This document shows, piece by piece, positions 9,865 through 19,620 of a DNA stretch of 64,000 nucleotides. Position 1 is the stretch's first letter; each line of letters starts with the position of its first letter. Location: the NCBI GenBank assembly GCA_965223265.1, contig OZ244999.1, positions 7,616,001 through 7,680,000 on the forward strand. The letters run 5' to 3'. Both the position numbers and the translations under genes were made by a program. The notes beneath the pieces were generated by a model. The model was not told where the DNA came from. It did no database searches and was given only the letters and a program-made list of their open reading frames with translations. Source of the DNA: Planctomycetota bacterium. Its GTDB lineage: Bacteria > Planctomycetota > UBA8108 > SXIK01.

Positions 9865-10158
9865 CTCAGCTCCTGTATCCTGGCCGCTCTTCTCACAAAA
9901 CGTCGAACGCCCGCAAGTCGCGCGATTGGCTTCCCAACCAGTCGGTCAGCCTTATGCGGCAGTCTGGGCGATTCGATCCTGAACGCGCGAGGAGCGCTTC
10001 GGCTTCCGCCTTCGGTCGGCTTCAACGGTCGAGTCGCCGAGCACGCTTCTTCACGCGACCGACGTTACGGCACCTCGTTACGAACACCTTGTGAGAAATG
10101 CGGCTATTGCCTGAACTCGCGCACTCCGAGACACCCACCACGGAGAACTGGCACTGCC

Positions 10159-10243
10159 GAGCAAGCTGTTGAAAACGATGCTTCGAGCCGGCCGGGAGGC
10201 AATCCATCTCTCTGCCGAATCAAGTTTTTCAACAAACTGCTAG
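10159..10243. mobile_element. Short MITE-like element, type A (copy 1)
   Basis: Imperfect terminal inverted repeats GAGCAAGCTGTTGAAAAC / GTTTTTCAACAAACTGCTAG, related to the ends of 19034-19201. Confidence 0.5.
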
Positions 10244-10500
10244 CTCGAGTTTGGCCATTTCGCGTCGAGCCTGGGAACGCCAGGAGCGTCGAGGCCAAGG
10301 AGCGACTCGGGCGCGATCCTGCTGCGATCGTGGCGGAGGAGCGACGCAGGCATCGCCGCTCCTGGCGTTCCCCGAAGGGCCGGACAGGAGTTTTGAACAT
10401 GCACAAGGGTTCTCAGGGTACAAGAAAGTCGAAAGGGCCTTTGAATCCCCGTGAAACTCGTCCGGCCAGGCCGGCGCGAAATGGCCGAACTCGAGGCTAG
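10240..10500. mobile_element. MITE-like palindromic element, type B (copy 1, 261 bp)
   Basis: CTAG at both ends. 21-bp terminal inverted repeats CTCGAGTTTGGCCATTTCGCG (10244-10264) / CGCGAAATGGCCGAACTCGAG (10475-10495). Near-identical copy at 19198-19459. Confidence 0.8.
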
Positions 10501-10508
10501 CGCGAAAA

Positions 10509-10628
10509 CTAAGCGCTGTGCCGGAGAACGGTCCTATGGTCGAACGTTGACGAACGAGAGAACATAACAATGTCGTCAAGTGGTCGCCAGAGAATTCGAG
10601 CGCGCCGATTGCGTCCGGCACGCAGCGC
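10509..10628. repeat. Third palindromic element adjoining the MITE array
   Basis: CTAA-GCGCTGTGCCGGA ... TCCGGCACGCAGCGC imperfect inverted repeat, with an inner TTGACGA/TCGTCAA pair. Confidence 0.4.
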
Positions 10629-10858
10629 GCGGCGATGGCTTGGGCCGCCTCGCGACACGCAGCCGGAAGAGCTGAGAAAACGTCGCAAAAGTGTTGGAAA
10701 ACCCACCAAAGCGGCTCATCAGCCTCGTGCGCGGCGCGCGATTTTTTCGTGTTCTGCCTTGGCCGATCTCGCCTACGCTGGAGTTCCCGTCGAGGTCAAG
10801 CCGCGCCCGGGTTGGCATGGCGATCGCGTCCAGACGGGTTTGAGCAGCTGCTCGTGAG

Positions 10859-11728
10859 ATGTCGAGGCAACCGATGCAAAACCGTAAGAGTTCACCACAA
10901 AGTTCGGGAATCGTGGATTCACACGTCCACGTCTGGACTGCCGACACCGCCAAGTACCCTCTCGCTCCTGGCTACACCCGCGAGCAAATGGACCCGCTCA
11001 GCTTCACGCCCCAGCAGCTGTTTGTTCACACGCGCGGAGTCGGTATCACGCGCATCGTCCTGATTCAGATGAGCTACTACGGCTCGGACAATTCGTACAT
11101 GACTGACGTCATGCGGACTTATCCGAACACGTTCGGAGGTGTCGGTATCGTCGACGAGAACGACGAGCCGTGTCAGAACATGCTCCGCCTCGCTGCTCGC
11201 GGCGTCCGCGGCTTCCGCATCGTCGGCGGCAAGCCGCAGCGCTGGCTCGACAGCCCCGGCATGGCGGCCATGTGGAAGTGTGGCGCGGAGAACGGGCTGG
11301 CGATGTGTCCCCTCATGGGCGTTGGTGATCTCGAGGCACTCGAGAAGCTGTGTACGCGAAGCCCACGCACCCCGGTAGTCATCGACCATTGCGCGCGCAT
11401 CGGCACGAGCGGACGAATTCGCAAACGCGATGTCGACGCGCTGTGCGCACTCGCCCGCTTCAAACAAGTTATGGTGAAAATCTCGGCGTTCTATGCACTC
11501 AGTCGTGCGCCTCGGACGTACCTCGACCTGGCGCCGATGATTCGAAGGCTTCTCGACAGCTATGGTCCCGAACGGTTGATGTGGGCGAGTGACGGTCCGT
11601 TTCAAATGATGGGCGGGCACAACGTCAAGGAATCCGTCGAACTGATTCGCAGCGGGCTGGACTACCTAACAGCCGAGGACCGAGACTGGCTGCTAAGAAG
11701 GACCGCGTCGAAAGTTTTTTTCGAGTGA
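10859..11728 (+). CDS. Amidohydrolase_2 family protein (sugar-lactonase-like)
   Basis: 289 aa; DSHVHVW metal-binding motif, VVIDH, VKISA, RLMWASDGP. Confidence 0.88.
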   Translation: MSRQPMQNRKSSPQSSGIVDSHVHVWTADTAKYPLAPGYTREQMDPLSFTPQQLFVHTRGVGITRIVLIQMSYYGSDNSYMTDVMRTYPNTFGGVGIVDENDEPCQNMLRLAARGVRGFRIVGGKPQRWLDSPGMAAMWKCGAENGLAMCPLMGVGDLEALEKLCTRSPRTPVVIDHCARIGTSGRIRKRDVDALCALARFKQVMVKISAFYALSRAPRTYLDLAPMIRRLLDSYGPERLMWASDGPFQMMGGHNVKESVELIRSGLDYLTAEDRDWLLRRTASKVFFE

Positions 11729-12007
11729 CTCCGCCCCACGCCTGCTGCTGCGCAACTCGTGGTACTCCTCTGACCTCCGCCAAACGCCATGTTGCGGAGA
11801 CGAACTGACGGACACCCGCTTCCGGCGAAGGTTTGGGTGTGGTGGGGGACCGAGATGAGGTACGGATTTAGCGTGCGCATCGGATAAGATGGCGTGCGGG
11901 GGAGTCGACGCGAAGCCATGGACGGACGGCCGCAAACGCCCGTCGGAGCAGAGTGGCGTCGGCAGGCACAATTTCGTGCGAGCTCGCTAAAACTTCGGAC
12001 TGCAGCC

Positions 12008-12676
12008 ATGTTCACGCGACACGTTACTCGGCTCTGTAGCTTCGGGCTCTTTTTCCTTCTCGGGATCGTTTTTGGCACGCTCGTTCTTCGCGATCATGCA
12101 CCCGCGAAGGCAGGTGGTGCAACGTCGTGCATCCCGGGTGATCTCAACGACGACGGCGGCTTTGACCTCTCAGACGCGGTGTTTGCCTTGAACCACCTGT
12201 TCGTGCAAGGCCCGGCGCCGACTCCCTGCATCGTATCGGCTTCAGACACCAAGATCGTCGCTGTGATTCGACACGCTGAAAAAGACGTCGGGATCGATCC
12301 CAGCTTGACCGAGGAAGGCAGAGCGCGCGCCGAACACCTCGCGGATCTGTTTGAGGATTTCCCTCTGACACAGCTGATCGCCAGCGATCTAAAACGTACG
12401 CAGGAAACCCTGGCTCCTCTCGCCGCGCGCAAGTCGATGGAGGTCAAAATCACAGCTGCTCTGGCAAACGCAGAGGAGGTGACCGCATGTCTTCAAGCGC
12501 TCCCCACCGGGAGCTTCTCGATCGTCGCTCACCATAGCTTCACAATTCCCAACTTGCTGCGTGGAGTTGGGGCGATCGGCGAAGGCGAATTCGTCACTGT
12601 TTCTGGCTTCGATCAGTTTTGGCTCGTCATCTTTCGTGGCACTGACACGCCAGAAGTCGTCGAGCTCAGGTACTGA
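12008..12676 (+). CDS. Secreted histidine phosphatase (phosphoglycerate mutase/SixA-like) with an N-terminal dockerin-like repeat
   Basis: Start chosen at ATG 12008. Signal/TM segment, then PGDLNDDGGFDLSDAVFALNHLF (dockerin-like), then VIRHAEK, SDLKRTQET and VAHHSFTIP phosphatase motifs. Confidence 0.82.
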   Translation: MFTRHVTRLCSFGLFFLLGIVFGTLVLRDHAPAKAGGATSCIPGDLNDDGGFDLSDAVFALNHLFVQGPAPTPCIVSASDTKIVAVIRHAEKDVGIDPSLTEEGRARAEHLADLFEDFPLTQLIASDLKRTQETLAPLAARKSMEVKITAALANAEEVTACLQALPTGSFSIVAHHSFTIPNLLRGVGAIGEGEFVTVSGFDQFWLVIFRGTDTPEVVELRY

Positions 12677-12749
12677 TCCGATCAACGCAAGCTCGTAGGG
12701 GCAGGACCGCGCTTCGGGTAGCGGAGTCACACCCACGCTCGCCTTCGGG

Positions 12750-14321
12750 CTACCGCAGCCACTTCTCCGCGATCTGCTCCGTTTCGTCGGCCGTGATCAT
12801 CCAGCGCAAGAGTCGGTCTTTCATCGCGGCAATCACCTCGGCGAGATCCTCGCGGTCGACGAGATTGTGCTTCTCGCCGGGGTCATTCTCGAGGTCATAG
12901 AGCTCGGCGAAGCCGTCAGGGTAGTAGTTGTACTTCCATTTCTTCGAGCGAACCATCTTGGCATCGGGGTGACGCACGCCGCCAACTCCTTTCCCCTTCT
13001 CGAAAAAGAAGCCGTATCCGTTGATCACCTCGGGGATGATGTTCTCGCAGAACACCACGTCGCGCGGCAAATAGGCACGATCAACCCCGCCGACGAGCGG
13101 CGCAAAGCTCCTACCTTGGCAGTGCCTCGGCTCGTCGATGCCGATCAATTCGCACAACGTCGGGACGAAGTCCGTTGTCTCGATGAGTTCGTCGTACACT
13201 CCGGCCCGAATGCGGCCCGGGTAACTCATGAGGAACGGGATCCGAATCGAAGCTTCGTAGAACGCATTCTTGCCTACGAAGCCGTGTTCGAGCAGTTGAT
13301 CGCCGTGGTCACTGGTAAAGATGACGATCGTGTTGTCGGCGCACTCGGCACTCTCGAGCGCTTGGACCATCAGACCGACTTCGTGGTCGATCTGAGACAC
13401 GGCGGCATAATAGCTACGATAGATCCACTGAAGACGATCTCGGTCCATGTCGTACGAGGGTCGTCCGCGCAAGATCAACTTCTGAAGGGGAGGTGGCAGC
13501 TTCTTTATGTCGTCGAGCGTCACCCTGTCAGGAAGCGGAATCTCGACGTCGTCATACATCTCGTCGTACGGCCGGGGAACCTCGTGTGGCGAGTGCGGCT
13601 TCCAAAACGATGCGTAAATAAAGAATGGCTTGTCGCCGCCAGCAAGCTCGGCAATATACTCCCGCGTTTTGAGGCCGACCCACGCCGATTCGGTGTACTC
13701 TTTGTCGATCGCGGCGCGAAACGGGTTTTTGCCTGGTTCGATGTCTGAAGCAACGCGGCGGTAATGAGTATCGCTCCTTGGATCGTTCGCTCGTCGCCAC
13801 TTGACGTAATCTGAAAACTCGTCCCTCCCTGGCACTGCATCGTGAAGTTGTACGTAATCGAAACCGACACGGCGCGCCTCCTCGGGGGTCGGAGGATAGA
13901 GATGGAGTTTACCCACGGTCGCAGTTGCGTAGCCTGCATCCCGAAGAATCCTCGGCATCAGGACCTCATCACGTTTTAGCGGCGTGTAGTTGACACGGTT
14001 CTTGTGGCTGTGCGGGTAGCGACCCGTAAACCAGGTCGCACGCGAAGGCACGCACACCGGAGCTTGAACAAACGTGGACTGAAAGTTGGCCGACCTCGCT
14101 GCCAGCTGATCGAGGTGCGGTGTCTTGATCAACGGGTTGCCGTTTGCCCCCAGGCAATCGTAGCGGTGTTGATCGGTCATGATGAAGAGGATGTTCGGCC
14201 GCTGCATTTGATCAGCAGCAACCGGCGAAGCCAGCATCCACGCCCGTGCCGCGACCACCAACACACCAAGGCGCAGCACGGCGTTCGCAAACCGACGTTT
14301 CGGCATCGATCGATCAAACAT
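12750..14321 (-). CDS. Sulfatase-like hydrolase (choline-sulfatase-like), secreted
   Basis: 523 aa; PNILFIMTDQHR, CVPSR, GKLH, KPHSPH, FTSDHG, ELYDLENDPGE. Confidence 0.93.
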   Translation of the reverse strand: MFDRSMPKRRFANAVLRLGVLVVAARAWMLASPVAADQMQRPNILFIMTDQHRYDCLGANGNPLIKTPHLDQLAARSANFQSTFVQAPVCVPSRATWFTGRYPHSHKNRVNYTPLKRDEVLMPRILRDAGYATATVGKLHLYPPTPEEARRVGFDYVQLHDAVPGRDEFSDYVKWRRANDPRSDTHYRRVASDIEPGKNPFRAAIDKEYTESAWVGLKTREYIAELAGGDKPFFIYASFWKPHSPHEVPRPYDEMYDDVEIPLPDRVTLDDIKKLPPPLQKLILRGRPSYDMDRDRLQWIYRSYYAAVSQIDHEVGLMVQALESAECADNTIVIFTSDHGDQLLEHGFVGKNAFYEASIRIPFLMSYPGRIRAGVYDELIETTDFVPTLCELIGIDEPRHCQGRSFAPLVGGVDRAYLPRDVVFCENIIPEVINGYGFFFEKGKGVGGVRHPDAKMVRSKKWKYNYYPDGFAELYDLENDPGEKHNLVDREDLAEVIAAMKDRLLRWMITADETEQIAEKWLR

Positions 14322-14446
14322 CAGGTTTCGCTCCTATCACTTTGACGACGCGATTTTGTCGAGACGCGGCGACGGCGACGCAACCACGGATGCATACGAC
14401 TCCCGCAGCATCGGTCGATGACTGCGCACACCTGCACTCTAACGCG

Positions 14447-15961
14447 TCAGGCGAGAATATCCTCAACTACGTGAGCGTCGAACGTCGCCGTCAACTTGTT
14501 CTTGAGCCCGTTGCGTTCGAGGAAGAGGTGCTCGTGGTTTAGACCGAGCAAGTGAAGAATCGTCGCGTGCCAGTCAGGCACGCCCACTGGGTTCACTGTC
14601 GCGGCAAAGCCGAGCTCATCCGTCTCGCCGTGAATCGTACCGCCGCGAACACCGCCGCCGGCGAACCAAGTGCAAAACGCATTCTTGTTGTGGTCGCGAC
14701 CAGCGTTGCGAGCGTCCTTGTTCGCCGGCAGCTGCGCCACCGGCAACCGTCCAAACTCACCCCCCCATGCGACGAGCGTCGAATCCAGCAAGCCCCGGCG
14801 CTTCAGATCCGTCAGCAGCGCTGCGATCGGCTGATCCGTGCGCTCGCAGGCGCGGCGCAGCGACGGCTCGAGTCTGGTGTGATTGTCCCAGATCTGAAAA
14901 TCGATGAAGAGCTGCACGAAGCGCACGCCGCGCTCGATCAGCCGCCTGGCAATCAAGCAACGCCGTCCGTACGAATCCGTAGGCTCGTTCCCGATGCCGT
15001 AAAGATCGAGTGTCGCCTGACTCTCGCTCGCGACGTCAAGAGCGTCGGTCGCCGCCAGTTGCATCCGCGCCGCCAGTTCGTACGTTGCGATCTTCGCATC
15101 GAGCTGTGGATATCCTAAACGTTCCCCTTGATGCACTCGATCAAGCTGAGTCACGAATTCGCGCTCTAGCTTTGTGATGTCTTCGGGCTGCGCGTATCCC
15201 GGTTTGAGATTGAGAACCGCGGAGCCCTTCGAGCGAAAACGTGTGCCTTGAAACACTGGCGGCAAATAACCAGCCTGCCAGCTCTGGGTTCGGTTCACCG
15301 GCAGTCCCTTTGGATCGTCGAGAACAACGTATGCCGGAAGGTTTTGATTCACGCTTCCGAGGCCATAGGTAACCCACGAGCCGAGCGACGGCAACCCGGG
15401 GAGCATCTGGCCGCTGTGGATGATGTAGAGCGCCGGCTCATGCGTCAGATTGGTCGTAAACATTGAGCGAATGAACGCGATGTCGTCGACGCGGCGCGCC
15501 AGGTGCGGCATCAACTCACTCACCCACATGCCGCACTCGCCATGGCGAGCGAAGTTGTACGGGCTGCGCATGAGCGAACCAGCCTGTGTTGGGCTCTCGA
15601 GCTCACCCGCGATGCGCTCGAAGTACGACTTTCCGTGGTTTCGGTCAAGCTCAGGCTTCGGATCAAACAGGTCCATCTGGCTTGGTCCACCGTTCATGAA
15701 CAGATGGATCATCGCACGGGCGCGCGGTTTATGGTGGTGTGTGCGCGGCTTCAAATCCGACGGCGGCGGTGGTGACCCGCCATGCGTTACCTCTTCGACA
15801 GCCTGGGCTTCATCAGCGCAGAGCGACGAGAGAGCAGCACCCAACACACCACCCCCTACGCTGTGTAGGAACTGCCGTCGGGTTCGTCCAAGCTGATCGC
15901 AAAGCTTGCGAGATTCTTCCGTGGACATCTGCTCTAGTTTTCCGCTACGAAGTTCTGACAC
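14447..15961 (-). CDS. DUF1501 domain-containing protein (Tat-exported)
   Basis: TRRQFL Tat-like motif; FMNGGPSQMDLFDPKP, WDNH, GEFGR, GRDHN motifs. Confidence 0.93.
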   Translation of the reverse strand: MSELRSGKLEQMSTEESRKLCDQLGRTRRQFLHSVGGGVLGAALSSLCADEAQAVEEVTHGGSPPPPSDLKPRTHHHKPRARAMIHLFMNGGPSQMDLFDPKPELDRNHGKSYFERIAGELESPTQAGSLMRSPYNFARHGECGMWVSELMPHLARRVDDIAFIRSMFTTNLTHEPALYIIHSGQMLPGLPSLGSWVTYGLGSVNQNLPAYVVLDDPKGLPVNRTQSWQAGYLPPVFQGTRFRSKGSAVLNLKPGYAQPEDITKLEREFVTQLDRVHQGERLGYPQLDAKIATYELAARMQLAATDALDVASESQATLDLYGIGNEPTDSYGRRCLIARRLIERGVRFVQLFIDFQIWDNHTRLEPSLRRACERTDQPIAALLTDLKRRGLLDSTLVAWGGEFGRLPVAQLPANKDARNAGRDHNKNAFCTWFAGGGVRGGTIHGETDELGFAATVNPVGVPDWHATILHLLGLNHEHLFLERNGLKNKLTATFDAHVVEDILA

Positions 15962-15971
15962 CTTGTCGATT

Positions 15972-18668
15972 CTAATCGACGTAAACGAAACCGGACGAGT
16001 TCAAGACGGCGTGACACAAGTTGGTGAGAGCACGCAATGCCGGCGACTTCCCGCCGTCCGTTTGTTCATTCGACTCGTCGACCTGGTCCGCCACCTTCTT
16101 CCAACGACTCTCGAGCTCTTCCAGGAACCGAAGCGACACGCTCACCTCGGTGGCTCGCGGGGAGCGGCCATAGGCGCTCCAGTAGATCGCCTCGATCTGT
16201 GCTCTTTGGTCCGCCCCGACCTCGGCTTGCACACGCGAGGCAAACGATCGAGCTAGTTCACTGACAGTTTTGTCGTGAAAAAGGTGAAGAGCTTGAGAGA
16301 CGACGATCGATTCGGCGCGCTCGACGCACTGGGGCGTCATCTGCGGCAAATCGAAACTCTCGAGCAAGGTCGGTGTCTGTGTCCGTCGCTGGAGGACATA
16401 GACGCTCCGCCGCGCCCCGTCGGGACCGGGAGGTGCAACGATCAAGCCGTCATCCTCCACCTGAACGCCCACCGCCGGACCAAACATCTTGGCGTCAAGA
16501 CGCCCCGTCACCGCGACGAGGGCATCACGGATAGCCTCCGCCTCGAGTCGCCGCAGCGGCATCCGTGAATAGAGAACGCCGTCGGGGTCACGACGCATCA
16601 CGTCGTCAGCGACACGAGAGGTCTGCCGGTAAGTGTTCGACATCAGTAAAAGCCGATGGAGGTGCTTGAAACTCCAACCGCTTTCTTCGAACTCGACGGC
16701 CAGCCAATCGAGAAGCTCGGGATGGGTCGGCGCTGCACCGGCGCTGCCGAAGTTATCGAGTGTGGCGACGATCCCGCGGCCGAAGTGATGTTTCCAGATG
16801 CGATTAACGATCACGCGTGAGGTGAGTGGGTGGCGCGAACTCGTAAGCCAACGCGCGAACGCGAGGCGACGACCGGTCTTGGAGGCGCCCTGCCACGGCG
16901 GTTTCACCTGGAATCCTACCGTCGTCGGCACAGCTGCCGGCACGCCGGGAGAGACCAGCCGCCCCGGCATCAAGTAGTCGCCGCGTTCGAGAAGGTACGT
17001 CGGAGACGGTTCCCCGCGGTCCCAGAGAGCGCGCACAAACGGCTCGGGCTTGACGTTCTTTTCGAACTCCTGGCGCTTTGCACGCAATTCATCCGCGATC
17101 TTCTGATACTCCGGGTCAAGGCGACCAAGTTCCTCGTCAGTGATCGTCAACTCCGACTCGAATCGCTTCAAGAGCGCCTCCTCCGACTCGCTGCGGCGAT
17201 CAGCCGGCTTTTTGAGAAGTAGCCCCACGTCTTTCCGGACGCCCTCCGGCAGCTTCAGAATCCGCGCTTCGAGGTGCGGTTGACGCCGCTCCTCGGTTAT
17301 TCCCGCCAGCTTCGCGTCGAGCTCGGAGATCGCCTTGAGCACAGGCTCGCGTTCCTCCTGCCACGCACGTCGCTCCGTGTGAGTGACAAACGGCAATCGC
17401 CGCGCCCGCGGCGCAAGCCAGTCATGTTCGTCGTAGGCGCCCTTGAAAACCGCCGCCAGCCGATAGTAGTCATGCTGAGGAATCGGGTCGAACTTGTGCG
17501 CGTGACAACGGGCGCACTTCAACGTCAAACCCATGACACTTCCGACTACTTCGATCTGGTCGCCGATTTGCTCAAGTCGATCGGGGACGAAGTTCGTGAT
17601 GTTTGCATAGGTTCCGTCTGGAGACATGCGCAAGAACCCAGTCGCAACAAGGTTCTCGTACATCTCTTGGGTGATGACGTCAGCAGACTCGTAGTTCAAA
17701 AGCTCGTCGCCGGCGAGCTGCTCGCGCAAGAAATGATCGTACGGTTTGTCGCGATTCAGCGAGCTGATGACGTAATCGCGGTACCGATAGGCGCTCGGTC
17801 GGATCTGATCGGCGTGCTGCACGCCCTCGGAGTCCGAGTAACCGGCAACGTCAAGCCAGTGCCGCCCCCAGCGTTCACCATAGCGCGGCGACGCGAGTAG
17901 ACGATCCACAGCTTTCTCATATCGGTCGGGTTCATCGTCCGCTGCAAATTCACGCGCCGCTGGCGCCGGAGGTGGAAGCCCAGTGAGATCGAACGTCACA
18001 CGGCGGAGCAACTCGAGCGGCGCCGCTGGCGGCGCCAAGGCGAGACCTTTCGGCTCCAAACGTGCCACGATGAAAGCGTCCACGGGATTGTGCACTTGCT
18101 TAGACTGCTGCACGGACGGCACCGCGGGTCGACGTGGAGGACGAAACGCCCACAGCTCTGGATCGGCCACAGTGATCGTTTCGACGTTATCGCTCGACGC
18201 TGGCGCGACGGACGCACTTGGTGCGATCGAGTCGACAGACCCATCATCATCCTCATCCCGAACCGCCTGGACACCGCCGGGCGCTCCGGCAGCGATCCAT
18301 CGGCTGAGACGATCGAGTTCAAGCCCGCGTACGGGCTTGACGCTCACTTCGACGAGACGTCGTCGCGGCGGCATCTCCTCGGCTCGAATGCGCTTGAGTA
18401 ACAGACTGGCATCAGGATCTCCGGGGACGATCGCTGGACCCGACGCGCCGCCCTTCAACATTGAGGCCCGCGTGCGAAGGTCGAGGCCTCCCTCTTGCCG
18501 TCGCGTCCCGTGACACGGAGCGCAGCGCAGATAAAGAATCGGGAGAACGTCGTGAATCGTCGCAGACGCGTCACGCGTTCCCGTTTTGTTCCCCGGCGGA
18601 TTTGCTACGAGTTCGGCGGCACCGAGAACGACACACAGCGCGGCGACAAAGGTTAGTCGTGAGGCCAT
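15972..18668 (-). CDS. PSD1 / planctomycete cytochrome c protein (DUF1549 + DUF1553)
   Basis: CAPCH cytochrome domain; YGERWGRHWLD, CARCH, PTHPELLDWLA, RRLEAEAIRD. Start uncertain (18668, 18710 or 18788). Confidence 0.92.
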   Translation of the reverse strand: MASRLTFVAALCVVLGAAELVANPPGNKTGTRDASATIHDVLPILYLRCAPCHGTRRQEGGLDLRTRASMLKGGASGPAIVPGDPDASLLLKRIRAEEMPPRRRLVEVSVKPVRGLELDRLSRWIAAGAPGGVQAVRDEDDDGSVDSIAPSASVAPASSDNVETITVADPELWAFRPPRRPAVPSVQQSKQVHNPVDAFIVARLEPKGLALAPPAAPLELLRRVTFDLTGLPPPAPAAREFAADDEPDRYEKAVDRLLASPRYGERWGRHWLDVAGYSDSEGVQHADQIRPSAYRYRDYVISSLNRDKPYDHFLREQLAGDELLNYESADVITQEMYENLVATGFLRMSPDGTYANITNFVPDRLEQIGDQIEVVGSVMGLTLKCARCHAHKFDPIPQHDYYRLAAVFKGAYDEHDWLAPRARRLPFVTHTERRAWQEEREPVLKAISELDAKLAGITEERRQPHLEARILKLPEGVRKDVGLLLKKPADRRSESEEALLKRFESELTITDEELGRLDPEYQKIADELRAKRQEFEKNVKPEPFVRALWDRGEPSPTYLLERGDYLMPGRLVSPGVPAAVPTTVGFQVKPPWQGASKTGRRLAFARWLTSSRHPLTSRVIVNRIWKHHFGRGIVATLDNFGSAGAAPTHPELLDWLAVEFEESGWSFKHLHRLLLMSNTYRQTSRVADDVMRRDPDGVLYSRMPLRRLEAEAIRDALVAVTGRLDAKMFGPAVGVQVEDDGLIVAPPGPDGARRSVYVLQRRTQTPTLLESFDLPQMTPQCVERAESIVVSQALHLFHDKTVSELARSFASRVQAEVGADQRAQIEAIYWSAYGRSPRATEVSVSLRFLEELESRWKKVADQVDESNEQTDGGKSPALRALTNLCHAVLNSSGFVYVD

Positions 18669-19033
18669 CCGTAGATGCGAAGTGGGCGCTCCACGCGACG
18701 ACGTTCGCATCGATCTCGACAGACGCGCAGAAAACAGAGGGTAGGGAAGCGAGGAAACCCCGGCGGACGGCAGTGCCATGAAACCCATTTAACCCGGATC
18801 TCGCCCGAGTTCCCACAACGAGGTCGAAGGTTCACAGCTCGTAGGAATCGTGGGCAACGGGAAAACCGCCTCCCCCTGACCTACTTCGCCCGCGACAGCG
18901 TCGCAGTAACGGTCCAGAGTCGACCGAGCGACGTCGCCGACGGCGGCGACCGCGGCGACCGCGGCCGACCCAACCGCTGGCGACCCATGAACACTCCCGA
19001 GAAAGATTGTGAACGATCTCGCGATAGGCTAGG

Positions 19034-19201
19034 CTAGCAGCCCGTTGAAAAAGTCATTCGGCCGAGAAACCGGCCTCTTCACGCCCAGCTCGACCGCGTC
19101 AATACTCGAAAATCTCGGAGATTACCTGCGTTTGCCGCGGCCGATCTGGACGCGAAGAGACCAGTTTTCGGCTCGAAGCACTTTTTCAGGCAGGCTGCTA
19201 G
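19034..19201. mobile_element. MITE-like element, type A (copy 2, 168 bp)
   Basis: CTAGCAGCCCGTTGAAAAAG / CTTTTTCAGGCAGGCTGCTAG imperfect terminal inverted repeats with a palindromic interior. Shares its right CTAG with the type B copy. Confidence 0.6.
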
Positions 19202-19459
19202 CTCGAGTTTGGCCATTTCGCGTCGAGCCTGCCAGCGCCAGGAGCGTCGAGGCCAAGGAGCGACTCGGGCGCGATCCCGCTCGGGTCGTGGCGGAGGACG
19301 GGCGCAGGCATCGGCGCTCCTGGCGTTCCCCGAAGGGCCGGACAGGAGTTTTTGAACATGCACAAGGGTTCTCAGGGTACGAAAAAGTCGAAAGGGCCTT
19401 TGAATCCCCGCGAAACTCGTCCGGCCAGGCCGGCGCGAAATGGCCAAACTCGAGGCTAG
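19198..19459. mobile_element. MITE-like palindromic element, type B (copy 2, 262 bp)
   Basis: Perfect 21-bp terminal inverted repeats at 19202-19222 and 19434-19454, CTAG at both ends, highly similar to 10240-10500. Confidence 0.8.
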
Positions 19460-19620
19460 GATAGGCTTAGGCGTATGTTTGAATCGTCGAAGCGCGATCG
19501 CGAGTGTTTCGCTTTCGCGGCGACGCTTCTTCGTCCATCATAGCGGCAAACGGTTATCAGCATTGCGGTCGTGAAGAACTCCTCGCTCCGCGCGATGCGA
19601 AACGTCCGGCGAGAGCCGAA

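Noticed and set aside
9376-10500. 374-aa ORF, and the similar 19045..19464 ORF, running through the repeat elements
   Set aside because: Their shared peptide comes only from the non-coding repeat. There are no DDE, HUH or recombinase motifs, and the ORF overlaps a real gene on the opposite strand.
11725-12730. 10-bp inverted repeat GTGACTCCGC / GCGGAGTCAC bracketing the phosphatase gene
   Set aside because: Too short to support a mobile cassette; no target duplication or recombinase nearby.
18945-18970. Short GGCGACCGC tandem repeat
   Set aside because: Only two to three degenerate units in GC-rich DNA and no spacers, so not a CRISPR array.
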